Shown here one piece after another: positions 28,029 to 36,424 of a stretch of 64,000 nt of DNA. Made by a program: the position numbers and the translations under genes. Origin of the DNA: a virus; IMG/VR virus record IMGVR_UViG_3300035703_000021, positions 64,001 through 128,000 of that record; one strand, given 5' to 3'. The notes below the pieces were generated by a model. It was given only the letters and a program-made list of their open reading frames with translations, did not search any database and was not told where the DNA came from. Each line of letters opens with the position of its first letter. Positions within the stretch are counted from its first letter, which is position 1.

Positions 28029-28388
28029 ATGAAGATCACAAGGCTTAGAGGCGGTAACTCCCAGTTCCCCGACGAGAAGGAGATCGGAGACGTAGTGCTG
28101 TTCGCGCTGGGAGATGTATTCTGCTGGGATGGCGGGATGTGGCAGCTCGTGGGAGGAAGATTTGTCCCAGTGGCGATGAGAGAGAGTTTTATCTCCTACG
28201 TTTCCAATGGGTGGCCGAGTGCTAATGACGCACGTTTCGACCTACCGACTCTGCTTGATCTGTCCGTGTTCACGGACTACGGTCCCTACGACGTTGTCCC
28301 TGCGGACAAAAAGATGATCGAGAAGTTCGTCAAGAGAGTCGTAGAGGTCGCTGAGAGGTGCGAGAGAAATCTCCAAGCTCAGAACTAA
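28029..28388 (+). CDS. Hypothetical protein
   Basis: 119 aa ORF with phage-like codon use, followed by a terminator. Confidence 0.6.
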   Translation: MKITRLRGGNSQFPDEKEIGDVVLFALGDVFCWDGGMWQLVGGRFVPVAMRESFISYVSNGWPSANDARFDLPTLLDLSVFTDYGPYDVVPADKKMIEKFVKRVVEVAERCERNLQAQN

Positions 28389-28395
28389 ACGTACT

Positions 28396-28448
28396 AAAAG
28401 AGCGACGCTCCATCCGAACAGAGGATGGAAACATCGCCTTTTTTTTTT
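28396..28448. terminator. Bidirectional intrinsic terminator
   Basis: GCGACGCTCCATCC..GGATGGAAACATCGC imperfect stem with a T-run on the + side and an A-run on the left, between convergent genes. Confidence 0.65.
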
Positions 28449-28468
28449 GCCGACTTTAGGAACAGAGC

Positions 28469-28810
28469 CTACCAGGGAGTACCGGACGCTCTGGACGGAA
28501 AGGCTTGCTCGTCGAGTTGGAGCGTGAGCGCCGCCTCAATCTCAGCCACCTTCTCGATGCCTCCTAGGGCTTCCTGGGTCCACTGCAGGACGAGTTCTGG
28601 GGTGAGTTCGTTGTAGGGTACGAAATCCTCAGACTCCGGATCACCCGCGGGTAAGCCAATAGAGCCGTAGGTGGAGGAGGTTAGAACCGCGCCGCCATCT
28701 CCTTCACGCGTAGCGGTAACGATCCAGTGGACGGAGTAGACCTCGCCCGAGGGAAGATTACGATCTAGCGAGGCAATACCCCAAGTAAAAGTGTCTTGAG
28801 CCGCTGTCAT
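28469..28810 (-). CDS. Conserved phage tail-fibre-associated small protein
   Basis: TWGIASLDR..VYSVHW..YGSIGL..FVPYNELTPELVLQW..EIEAAL..GTPW pattern recalled from fibre-adjacent genes of aquatic phages. Confidence 0.65.
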   Translation of the reverse strand: MTAAQDTFTWGIASLDRNLPSGEVYSVHWIVTATREGDGGAVLTSSTYGSIGLPAGDPESEDFVPYNELTPELVLQWTQEALGGIEKVAEIEAALTLQLDEQAFPSRASGTPW

Positions 28811-28816
28811 GGTGGA

Positions 28817-29026
28817 TTAAGCGGTAGCTTCGGCGGTCTCAGCGGCCTCGGCACTGAAATCCCCAGCATCATCTTCGGGGAGTTGAAGGGCCATAGCCTC
28901 CACCGCGCCCTGAAGCTTGAGCACGAGGGTCTCGCGTTGAGCCAGAGCCTGGCGAAGTTGAGCGAGTTCACCCTGGGCTTTTTCCAGCTGGGCGGTGAAA
29001 TTTTCTTTGAGTTCTTTGGGGTCCAT
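28817..29026 (-). CDS. Small coiled-coil protein
   Basis: 69 aa heptad pattern with KLQGAVEAM. Confidence 0.65.
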   Translation of the reverse strand: MDPKELKENFTAQLEKAQGELAQLRQALAQRETLVLKLQGAVEAMALQLPEDDAGDFSAEAAETAEATA

Positions 29027-29046
29027 AGTTTTCTGCGGAGGATACT

Positions 29047-29055
29047 ATTATATCA
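29047..29055 (-). promoter_or_regulatory. Extended -10 promoter TGATATAAT (a GTTTAAGT late-type variant lies at 29063-29070)
   Basis: About 20 nt upstream of ATG 29026. Confidence 0.6.
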
Positions 29056-29084
29056 CATAGATACTTAAACCGAGCGAGCAGTTT

Positions 29085-29789
29085 TTAGCGAGAAGCGTCG
29101 AAAGCGCAGTGGGACCTGATCCCGTCCGCTAGCACGTAGTGAAAGAACACCTGGTGATAGTACGTGGTGGTTGCTTTGTCTCCGAAGTCTCTGGGGTAGG
29201 GCATTGGATCCCTCCAGTGGGGTCTCTCGCACCCCTTATACACCATACCATCTCCAGGGGAGAGAATAACGGACCGATTCTCGCCACGCTTGGCGATAGC
29301 GGTCTTCTCCTCGTCCGTGTAGGTGTCGGGTGTTTTGATGTGAATCGGCCACGGATCCTCGACATTGGAGCCGATGTGCACCGTCACCGATATCTCGCAG
29401 GCGTCACGGTCAGCGTGGCGAGCCAGCGCCTGGCCGGGGAAGTAGAAACGATCGTAGTAGTAGGTGTTGTAGAGCTTGCGCCCTATCTCCTTCTCGAGTT
29501 TTAATCTGATCTCTGAGTGAATGGAGCGGTACTGCGGATGCCAGTAGCAGGCGTGAGATCCCTCCACTTGCGCCTCGACTTCCGTGTAAGTGTACTGATC
29601 GAGTTTCTTCCCCCAGTAGTTGACCTGGCCCCTTCTGTCGGGGACCGGGCGGTGAAGCTCCTGCGGATCGTATAGATCTTTCAGTACCAGGTAACCGTCG
29701 GCATCAAACTGAGGGTTTCGTGTCCAAGACGTCCCCGAGTTCTTTCTCTCCTGCTCGAAGAGTGCCTCCTCTGTCATGTGCTCTGCCAT
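29085..29789 (-). CDS. 2OG-Fe(II) oxygenase superfamily protein
   Basis: LYNTYYYDRFY..LARHADRDACEISVTVHI..GDGMVYKGCERPHWRDP..QVFFHYV; start ATG 29789 overlaps the upstream TGA. Confidence 0.8.
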   Translation of the reverse strand: MAEHMTEEALFEQERKNSGTSWTRNPQFDADGYLVLKDLYDPQELHRPVPDRRGQVNYWGKKLDQYTYTEVEAQVEGSHACYWHPQYRSIHSEIRLKLEKEIGRKLYNTYYYDRFYFPGQALARHADRDACEISVTVHIGSNVEDPWPIHIKTPDTYTDEEKTAIAKRGENRSVILSPGDGMVYKGCERPHWRDPMPYPRDFGDKATTTYYHQVFFHYVLADGIRSHCAFDASR

Positions 29790-30409
29790 CACTTCCACCT
29801 CGGTCCGACTACCCAACCGACAAGGCTCTTACGTGTCCCTTTTGTGACTTTGACAACGCGATGCTGAGTTCGGGAATCGAAGACTACAACTGTTCCGCGC
29901 TTTCTGGGAGCGAAGTAGGACTTTCCGTCCTCGGCGAGGAGCTGGAGATTCCCGCCCTCGTAGTCATCGGGGTCAGAGAGCTGGATGACGAAGGAGAGCT
30001 TCCTCACCAACTCCAGTTTCTCGTTGAGGTAGTCCTGCGTTCTGCCCTCGTGGTGGTTACCGACGCTTACGGGCTTGTAGTGCCCCGAGATACCGGCGTC
30101 ATTATGCCAGCCGTAGAACTCACCGACATCGTACTGGGTAAATTGCATGGCCTCCCCATCGATGTTCCGTATGTCGTAGAGGAAGTTCTCGCGATTAGCC
30201 CTCTCGATGTAGTGCCACGCGAACCCGGCGGTCCAGTGAGTTGTCGGGACCCAGGCGTTCTTCGAGTTTCTCTTGTCGCGATTCAGAGCGTCTCCCATAA
30301 GCTTGGAGTCGCCCATCTGGTCTTGGAAATTCTCCGTGAGGCTTTTTTCGATGCTTTCTACAACTTCTTTTGGTATGTCACTAAAATACCAAGTTGACTG
30401 ATATGCCAT
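29789..30409 (-). CDS. 2OG-Fe(II) oxygenase, prolyl-4-hydroxylase/PKHD-like
   Basis: QFTQY..FYGWHND..RKLSFVIQLSDPDDYEGG..FDSRTQHRVVKVTKGTRKSLVGW (HxD..H..RxS). Confidence 0.9.
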   Translation of the reverse strand: MAYQSTWYFSDIPKEVVESIEKSLTENFQDQMGDSKLMGDALNRDKRNSKNAWVPTTHWTAGFAWHYIERANRENFLYDIRNIDGEAMQFTQYDVGEFYGWHNDAGISGHYKPVSVGNHHEGRTQDYLNEKLELVRKLSFVIQLSDPDDYEGGNLQLLAEDGKSYFAPRKRGTVVVFDSRTQHRVVKVTKGTRKSLVGWVVGPRWK

Positions 30410-30436
30410 AGATTCCGCGGTTAGTAGCGTAAACCT

Positions 30437-30445
30437 ATTATACCA
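30437..30445 (-). promoter_or_regulatory. Extended -10 promoter TGGTATAAT for the oxygenase pair
   Basis: About 28 nt upstream of ATG 30409. Confidence 0.65.
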
Positions 30446-30451
30446 TAAGTG

Positions 30452-30850
30452 TTACTGCGCTGGGGTGGTCATAATCACCCACTCCTGGGAGTCCTCGTTC
30501 CACTCGTAGTAGTTTCCGGCGATCCTCTGCTCCTCAGTGAGCTCGGGCTGTGGGGTAGGTGGATCCCACTCGAAAGTCTCGGTATTTAGTACCCACGAAG
30601 AATAGGGTCGGGGGAATAGAAACACGTCGTGCTCCACGTTATAGACCATTCCTATCCCGGCGTAGCGATACCTGAAATTGTTGTTATACGACGTCTGGAT
30701 CCACATCGTCGCGGGGCCATGTACAGATCTAAGGTACTGCACTCCGAGCTCCTCGTTTTCGTCCCCGTTCTCGTCGAGGATATCCTCGTTTCTCACAACC
30801 GAGACACGCATAACAGTGTTGTCGTAGTCGATCTGCGCAAAGTGTGCCAT
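30452..30850 (-). CDS. Conserved 'MAHFA' protein, usual partner of glycine-rich fibre-tip proteins
   Basis: MAHFAQID..VSVV..WIQTSYNNNFRYRYAGIG..DVFLFPRPYSSW..YEWNEDSQEW; GGAGG RBS. Confidence 0.7.
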   Translation of the reverse strand: MAHFAQIDYDNTVMRVSVVRNEDILDENGDENEELGVQYLRSVHGPATMWIQTSYNNNFRYRYAGIGMVYNVEHDVFLFPRPYSSWVLNTETFEWDPPTPQPELTEEQRIAGNYYEWNEDSQEWVIMTTPAQ

Positions 30851-30865
30851 ATAAATTTTACCTCC

Positions 30866-32719
30866 TTATTCTGGGTATTGGATAATGACAATTCCTGGCC
30901 CACCGGTCCCTCCAAATAGCCCCGGAGCACCGCATCCACCTCCTCCTCCGGTGTTTGCCTGTGCCTGAGTGGGACTCAACGGTCTACCAGCACCACCACC
31001 TCCAGCCAATGGTGCAGGGCCTGCGGGCCAACCACCTCCACCACCAGCAAAATATCTTTGCCCAGCTACAGGCCCGGGCGTTCCGTACGCGGGCGGAGAT
31101 ATAACCGAGTACCATCCAGTACCTCCTACTAATGGACCACCGGGGCTTCCGCCAGCACCTCCGCCTGCGCCTCCGCTAACAGCTGCCGGGAATCCCACTG
31201 GTCCACCATTATTGCCTTGAGTGCCCAAGCTATCCGGCGAAGTCGGTGTTGCAGAACCGTTGCCACTACCGCCGGGAATGGCAGGCTTAGCGCCTCCGCC
31301 GCCTGAACCACCAGATCCGCCGGTGACTACAGTAGCAGTAGGACCTGCATTGGCCCCTCCACCACCACCGTAAGCGATAATTTGCGTAGGGCCTGGGGCA
31401 CCGATAGTTGTTGGAGTGCCCGCAGCAGCCGTTCCTCCGGCAGTTCCACCAGGATTTCCTCCGGAGCCTATAGAAATTGGATAAGGCCCGGCGCCCACGG
31501 GCATCTGCTCTCCAACTCGGACGGAGTACCCGGGGTTCCAAGGATGTGAATTGGTCGGTACGGCAGTGGTGGTATCAGAAGCTTGAATAGAAGTCACAAA
31601 TCCACCGCCGCCACCACCACCACCAATTCCAGGTCCTACTCCTCCTCCTCCTGCTCCACCTCCTCCCACGGCGAGGTAATCAATCCACTGAAGGGTCGGG
31701 TCCGTAATCGTGAAAGTTCCTGGCGCGGTGAAGATGTGCCTCCAGACTCCGGGATGGTTGGGGTCTGTGCTTGGTTCAATGATTCCTCCCGTCGCTCTCT
31801 GGTAGGGCGCCACTTTTTTATATCTTATACAGACAATCCCTGAGCCGCCAGTAAACCCAGTGTTTGATCCACCGTATCCGCTGTTAGCCGGTGACGTTCT
31901 AGATGCAGGTGCTGGAGTCGGGAATCCCCATCCACCAGCAGAGTAACCACCGGAAGAGACCAACGGATTCCATCCGGGTAGAACGCCTGGGGAAATCGCT
32001 TTGCTGACGATGCTTGCCGGGAAGTTGGGATCGATTCTTCCGGGCCCTCCCGCACCTCCCAGGCCAATTACACCGACCGTGCCAGCTCCACCAGCACCAC
32101 CACCACCACCACCGGCATACGAGGAGGTTGGTACGAAGGCCGCTCCAGAAGCTCCATCGTATCCCTGCCTAGGTATTGTTGGGACCGGCCAGTTACCAAG
32201 GCCCCCTCCAAATGCTCCACCACCACCTCCTCCACTACCACCGCCGGTAGCTCCTATACCAGGTTGTGTTCCTCCTCTACCCCCGCCTGTTGCAGTTATA
32301 GAGAAAGCCGAGGAAGGGCTTCCAGAAACTCCCGAACCACCTCCTCCTCCGACAACTATCGGATAGGATCCTGGAGAGTTTGATACCACTATGTTCCCGA
32401 ATAAAAACCCCCCTCCACCTCCTCCACCTCCGGAGGAAGTGTTATATCTGCCTCCACCCCCGGCAGCGATCATGTAATCGACGCTATCAATCGCAGCCGG
32501 AGGCCTGTTGACTAGAAAAGTCCCGTCGCCGGTAAATATATGATAGATATACCCGTCGTTCCCATCGACAATAGTACCCCCGGTGGCGTAATTGCCCAGA
32601 CCGGGAGCGTTCTCCGAGGTGTAGAATTCCCGGCTCTTTCCGCTGGCATTGTACCTGGTGGCGGGGGATCCTGGCGCCCAGTTCTTTGAGCCCGGAGAGT
32701 TTACGCTCTTTCCTGCCAT
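30866..32719 (-). CDS. Glycine/proline-rich receptor-binding-like protein with two tandem glycine-rich domains
   Basis: Two copies of ATGG.I..HIFT..GTF..DY..V/AxGGGG...GGxGIV.IxY; very high Gly and Pro content. Confidence 0.75.
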   Translation of the reverse strand: MAGKSVNSPGSKNWAPGSPATRYNASGKSREFYTSENAPGLGNYATGGTIVDGNDGYIYHIFTGDGTFLVNRPPAAIDSVDYMIAAGGGGRYNTSSGGGGGGGGFLFGNIVVSNSPGSYPIVVGGGGGSGVSGSPSSAFSITATGGGRGGTQPGIGATGGGSGGGGGGAFGGGLGNWPVPTIPRQGYDGASGAAFVPTSSYAGGGGGGAGGAGTVGVIGLGGAGGPGRIDPNFPASIVSKAISPGVLPGWNPLVSSGGYSAGGWGFPTPAPASRTSPANSGYGGSNTGFTGGSGIVCIRYKKVAPYQRATGGIIEPSTDPNHPGVWRHIFTAPGTFTITDPTLQWIDYLAVGGGGAGGGGVGPGIGGGGGGGGFVTSIQASDTTTAVPTNSHPWNPGYSVRVGEQMPVGAGPYPISIGSGGNPGGTAGGTAAAGTPTTIGAPGPTQIIAYGGGGGANAGPTATVVTGGSGGSGGGGAKPAIPGGSGNGSATPTSPDSLGTQGNNGGPVGFPAAVSGGAGGGAGGSPGGPLVGGTGWYSVISPPAYGTPGPVAGQRYFAGGGGGWPAGPAPLAGGGGAGRPLSPTQAQANTGGGGGCGAPGLFGGTGGPGIVIIQYPE

Positions 32720-32724
32720 GTCTC

Positions 32725-33096
32725 TTACGCCTCCTTGTCCCCGAGTACCAGGACTGTTAGGTCGTCGGCGGTGTCACCGGACCCCGCGTTGTTCTTGACA
32801 AATATAGCGTCGTTCGTGGCGGATATCACTATGGGAAATGGCAGTTCGAAGAAGTAGGTGTCCAGTGGCTGGAGGGAGAGCTTCGCGACTCTATTGGATG
32901 CGGTGACCGTGCCGAGGGACCCAGCGCTATTCTGGACGACGTGTATATCCACCACGACCGAGTTCACCGTGGCCTGCGAGTGAACAAGGATGCCGCGAAT
33001 GTACGACTTTGTATTACTAGCGACTGAGTACACGGCAGTGGTGGTATTATTCTCCACCACTACTGGGAAACCCAGTCCAACTTTCTGTAGTGCCAT
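32725..33096 (-). CDS. Small beta-sandwich fibre adaptor protein (family member 2)
   Basis: TAVYSVASNTKSYIRGILVH..LSLQPLDTYFFE..IVISATNDAIFV. Confidence 0.65.
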   Translation of the reverse strand: MALQKVGLGFPVVVENNTTTAVYSVASNTKSYIRGILVHSQATVNSVVVDIHVVQNSAGSLGTVTASNRVAKLSLQPLDTYFFELPFPIVISATNDAIFVKNNAGSGDTADDLTVLVLGDKEA

Positions 33097-33132
33097 AGTT
33101 TAAGTCTGGTCGTGTGTCAATACTTTTTATAC

Positions 33133-33140
33133 CCTTAAAC
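33133..33140 (-). promoter_or_regulatory. Late-type element GTTTAAGG
   Basis: 44 nt upstream of ATG 33096. Confidence 0.6.
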
Positions 33141-33144
33141 CCAT

Positions 33145-36100
33145 TTAGCCGAATAGCATCACTTCGATAGCGTCGACTCCGCCGCCGCCGCCAGCCGCTG
33201 CCCAGGACAACACTCCGGATCCGTTTGTGACTAGCGCTTGGCCGTTAGTCCCGTCCGCGCTAGGCAGAGTCCACACCGTATTAGCCGTTAGAGACGTTGG
33301 AGCTTTGAACCCGACGTAATTCGTTCCGTTATTAACATCCTCAAGAATCCTGATCTCTCCGGAGTTTGTTATTCTGAGCCTCTCCCCCGCGCCTCCGTAG
33401 CCGGTGACTATGAAATCATTTGAGGAGATGGTGAAGTTGTTGTTTGGCGCGCCCGCAACCTGCATCAGCATACCTGATCCGCCAGGACCAAGGCTGAAGT
33501 TCCCGCTGTTTAAGTACAGTGAGTTGGTGCTCTTCACCCATATAGATTCAGTGTACGTCCATCCGCCTGTTACCTCGAGCCTCCCGGACGGACTTGTGGT
33601 ACCAATGCCAACATTTTGAGAAGTATCGATCCTTAATGCTTCTGTGGATAAAGTTCCAAGAACTAGAGGCGATCCGCCATTAGTATAAATAACTCCAATC
33701 GCGGTATTTTGAAATGCAAGAGTTCCTGCATCGGCATAGGGAATAGAACCGAAGAGAGTTCCAGCAGTACTAGTTCCGTACTTTAGAATTCCGGTACCCT
33801 TATACGATGGTGTTGAAAAATAATCCTGGTCTGCCGCCCAAACCGATGATGGGCTAGTATTTCCAACATTTCTTGCCTGAATTATCGCGCCGCCGTAGTT
33901 TACATCTAAACCAGAATTCGCAGTTCCACTGAATGGGTTAGTAGTGCCAACGCCAACATTGCCGCTAAAAAAGCCATTTCTTACGTCAATATCCCCTACC
34001 GTCCCGGAGTACACCTCACCGGACTGACTGGACTGCGGGATGAACGTAAATCTCCCAGTGGACTGATCAAGACCAAAGAAGCCACTCTTAGACTTTACGG
34101 TGGTCCCCAGCGTTGTCGTGTACGTTCCGGCCGTCACGGTCGAAGTGACCACAAAGGTGAACGTTGTTCCCGTAGGCACCGACGCAATAGCCCACGTACC
34201 GTTGAGCTTGGTCTGCTCCGTTCCTGTCGCTCCGGAGATAGTGATGATATCTCCGACGGCGTAACCCGACGTAGAGGCCACCGTGCCAGTCACAGTTGTC
34301 GTTCCGTTGCCGATGTAGTTTGTTATTGTGAGCGCGGTGCCATTCCACTTGAACTCCACGCCCCTGTCCTTGGTCACCTCGGCGACGGAGGTATCGCCTC
34401 CGAGGGTGATGATAGGATCATCGATTGTCAGAGTCGTGGAATTAACCGTGGTTGTAGTGCCGTTGACGGTCAGGTTTCCGGTAATGGATACGTTGTTTCT
34501 GATCGTCGTGGTCCCTGACGTGGCCCCTAGAGTTAGGGCGGTAGAGGCCCCAAAAGCATTAATTGTGGTAGCTGTGGTGTTAAATACGTTAAACGAGGCG
34601 CTGCCAGTAGTAACAGAGGTGGTAAAAGACGGGGATGTGCCGAATACTAGCACTCCGGATCCCGTCTCATCGGAGATAACGCCAGCGAGTTGCGCTGACG
34701 TTGTCGCCGCGAATTGCGCGAGGGTTCCACTTGTCAGTCCCAGGCCCGTTGTGGGGTGTACGTGGTCCTGGCGGGAGTAGCGTAGGCTCGTTCCAACAGC
34801 CGCGGTCCCTAGAGCCAGAGGGTTGGTAGCGCTGGCCTGCCCCACGACAAACTCCGTGGTGGCGATCTGAGTCGTGTTGGTGTCCACCGCCGCTGTGGTG
34901 GAGATAGGAGTCCCTGTCAGAGTGGGTGACGCCGACATCACGACATTGCCGCTTCCCGTGATGGCGTTACTGACTAGGTTGTCGTTAGCGTCAGTGAATA
35001 CGGCCTGGGAGGCGGTAAGCCCTGTAATACGAACCGATCCACCAAAGAGCGAGACACCCGTATTAACGTAAAGCGAGTAGGCATTCGTGAGAGTGACGTT
35101 GGTACCGGCGGTCGGAGCTCCGTCGATGTAAACAGTGGAGGCGTTAGTGTACGTAACCGAGGTATTAGTCGCCGCGATGGAGGGATTATCGAAGGCTACA
35201 ATAGCGCCGTGGGTGGCGGTGCCCGACGCCGCTGTTGTTGAGTCGGTGTAGGTACCCGTTCCGGTGTACAGTTTGGCGGGAGCGGTTACTGTGAGCGCTG
35301 AGCCACTCGCCGCTTGGCTACCAAACGTACTCAGCCCATTGGAGGCAACGCTAACACGCTGTACACCGTTAGTATTAACAGCTACCTCATTAGCCCCAGT
35401 CGCAGTTAGGTTAAGAGCCCCCGAGGTGGCGGTCAGTGTCACGGCTCCCGTGCCGGTAATGTTCCCCACGGACGTTAGCGATCCGGTGACGTTTGCCGAG
35501 CCGTTGAAGTTCTGGCCCCACAGAGTCCGGGTCGTGGAGAGAGTAGCAGCGCTGCCGTCAATGCTCGTGATGCCGGTCAGTGCTAAGGAACCGCTGGCTC
35601 TGTTGATCGCCACCGCTGTGGTGCCGATGTGCATCGTCTGGTTATTAACGGCCAGAGTACCCGATGTGGGTAGAGTTACGTCCGTCAGCCCTGTCGTTGT
35701 GAGAGTCAGGCCAAAATTACCGCTCGTTGTGAAGCTATTCGCCAGGCTTATATTCCCGCTCAACGTGATGCTTCTATTTGCGTCGTTTACATCTACGCTG
35801 AGAGTTCTAGAAGCGGTCAGATCGTCGGAGTTCGTTATCTCCAGGTAGTGAGAGGTGTTAGCGTCGTCTTTGAGATATATATTGCCAAAGTAACCGGATT
35901 GCTCCGAAGAGGTACTTGCCGACAGAAAGTCGCCACTAGTCCCAGATCCTGAGATCCTGCTCACCCAGGATAAGGTGCCATTGCCGTCAGTACCTAGAAC
36001 CTGATCGGGATCCCCGTCGTTTGGAGGCAGGATTAGAGTTACGTCAGCCGCCAGACTCGATGGGGCCTTTATAGCGATGTAGTTAGTACCGTTGGCGGAA

Positions 36101-36330
36101 GCTTCGTAGTATCTTGTTGCCGACTGATTCTGTAGCGAGATATCGCTGGTGAACGTTGTCGTGGAGGAAGACGCTCCGATCTCCACGATCGAGATCGTTC
36201 CACCGGCGTCCTTCTTCGTAAAAAGCCGGCCGTCGTAGGTATTAACAGCGAGCTCCCCAAGCTGCAGGTCCCCAACCGCTGGGACCTTTCCCTGCACAGC
36301 GGACCTCTTGATTTTGAACGTATTTGCCAT
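33145..36330 (-). CDS. Long tail fibre protein
   Basis: 1061 aa Thr/Gly/Ser-rich; MANTFKIKRS..GELAVNTYDG N-domain, GNLTVNGTTTTVNS, GNVGIGT repeats, two copies of NGTNY..KAP..L..LP..DG...L.T.G.G.LSW. Confidence 0.85.
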   Translation of the reverse strand: MANTFKIKRSAVQGKVPAVGDLQLGELAVNTYDGRLFTKKDAGGTISIVEIGASSSTTTFTSDISLQNQSATRYYEASANGTNYIAIKAPSSLAADVTLILPPNDGDPDQVLGTDGNGTLSWVSRISGSGTSGDFLSASTSSEQSGYFGNIYLKDDANTSHYLEITNSDDLTASRTLSVDVNDANRSITLSGNISLANSFTTSGNFGLTLTTTGLTDVTLPTSGTLAVNNQTMHIGTTAVAINRASGSLALTGITSIDGSAATLSTTRTLWGQNFNGSANVTGSLTSVGNITGTGAVTLTATSGALNLTATGANEVAVNTNGVQRVSVASNGLSTFGSQAASGSALTVTAPAKLYTGTGTYTDSTTAASGTATHGAIVAFDNPSIAATNTSVTYTNASTVYIDGAPTAGTNVTLTNAYSLYVNTGVSLFGGSVRITGLTASQAVFTDANDNLVSNAITGSGNVVMSASPTLTGTPISTTAAVDTNTTQIATTEFVVGQASATNPLALGTAAVGTSLRYSRQDHVHPTTGLGLTSGTLAQFAATTSAQLAGVISDETGSGVLVFGTSPSFTTSVTTGSASFNVFNTTATTINAFGASTALTLGATSGTTTIRNNVSITGNLTVNGTTTTVNSTTLTIDDPIITLGGDTSVAEVTKDRGVEFKWNGTALTITNYIGNGTTTVTGTVASTSGYAVGDIITISGATGTEQTKLNGTWAIASVPTGTTFTFVVTSTVTAGTYTTTLGTTVKSKSGFFGLDQSTGRFTFIPQSSQSGEVYSGTVGDIDVRNGFFSGNVGVGTTNPFSGTANSGLDVNYGGAIIQARNVGNTSPSSVWAADQDYFSTPSYKGTGILKYGTSTAGTLFGSIPYADAGTLAFQNTAIGVIYTNGGSPLVLGTLSTEALRIDTSQNVGIGTTSPSGRLEVTGGWTYTESIWVKSTNSLYLNSGNFSLGPGGSGMLMQVAGAPNNNFTISSNDFIVTGYGGAGERLRITNSGEIRILEDVNNGTNYVGFKAPTSLTANTVWTLPSADGTNGQALVTNGSGVLSWAAAGGGGGVDAIEVMLFG

Positions 36331-36365
36331 CTGGCGCCCTAGTAGATGCTATTTAGCAGGAGATT

Positions 36366-36383
36366 GACCCTTATATAAGGGTC
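36366..36383. repeat. Perfect 18-bp palindrome in the leader of the long fibre gene
   Basis: GACCCTTATATAAGGGTC equals its own reverse complement. Confidence 0.85.
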
Positions 36384-36394
36384 TCATGTACCTA

Positions 36395-36402
36395 CTTTAA
36401 AC
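36395..36402 (-). promoter_or_regulatory. Late-type element GTTTAAAG
   Basis: 72 nt upstream of ATG 36330. Confidence 0.55.
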
Positions 36403-36424
36403 TGAACGCCTCCGCTCAATAGGG

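Noticed and set aside
7701-28399. Identical 12-mer AACGTACTAAAA at 7701 and 28388
   Set aside because: Exact 12-nt matches are expected by chance in 64 kb, and the contexts differ
30866-32719. CCACCACC/CCTCCTCC runs as tandem repeats, collagen or a DGR target
   Set aside because: They are polyglycine codons; no sustained Gly-X-Y register, no reverse transcriptase and no template/variable repeat pair seen
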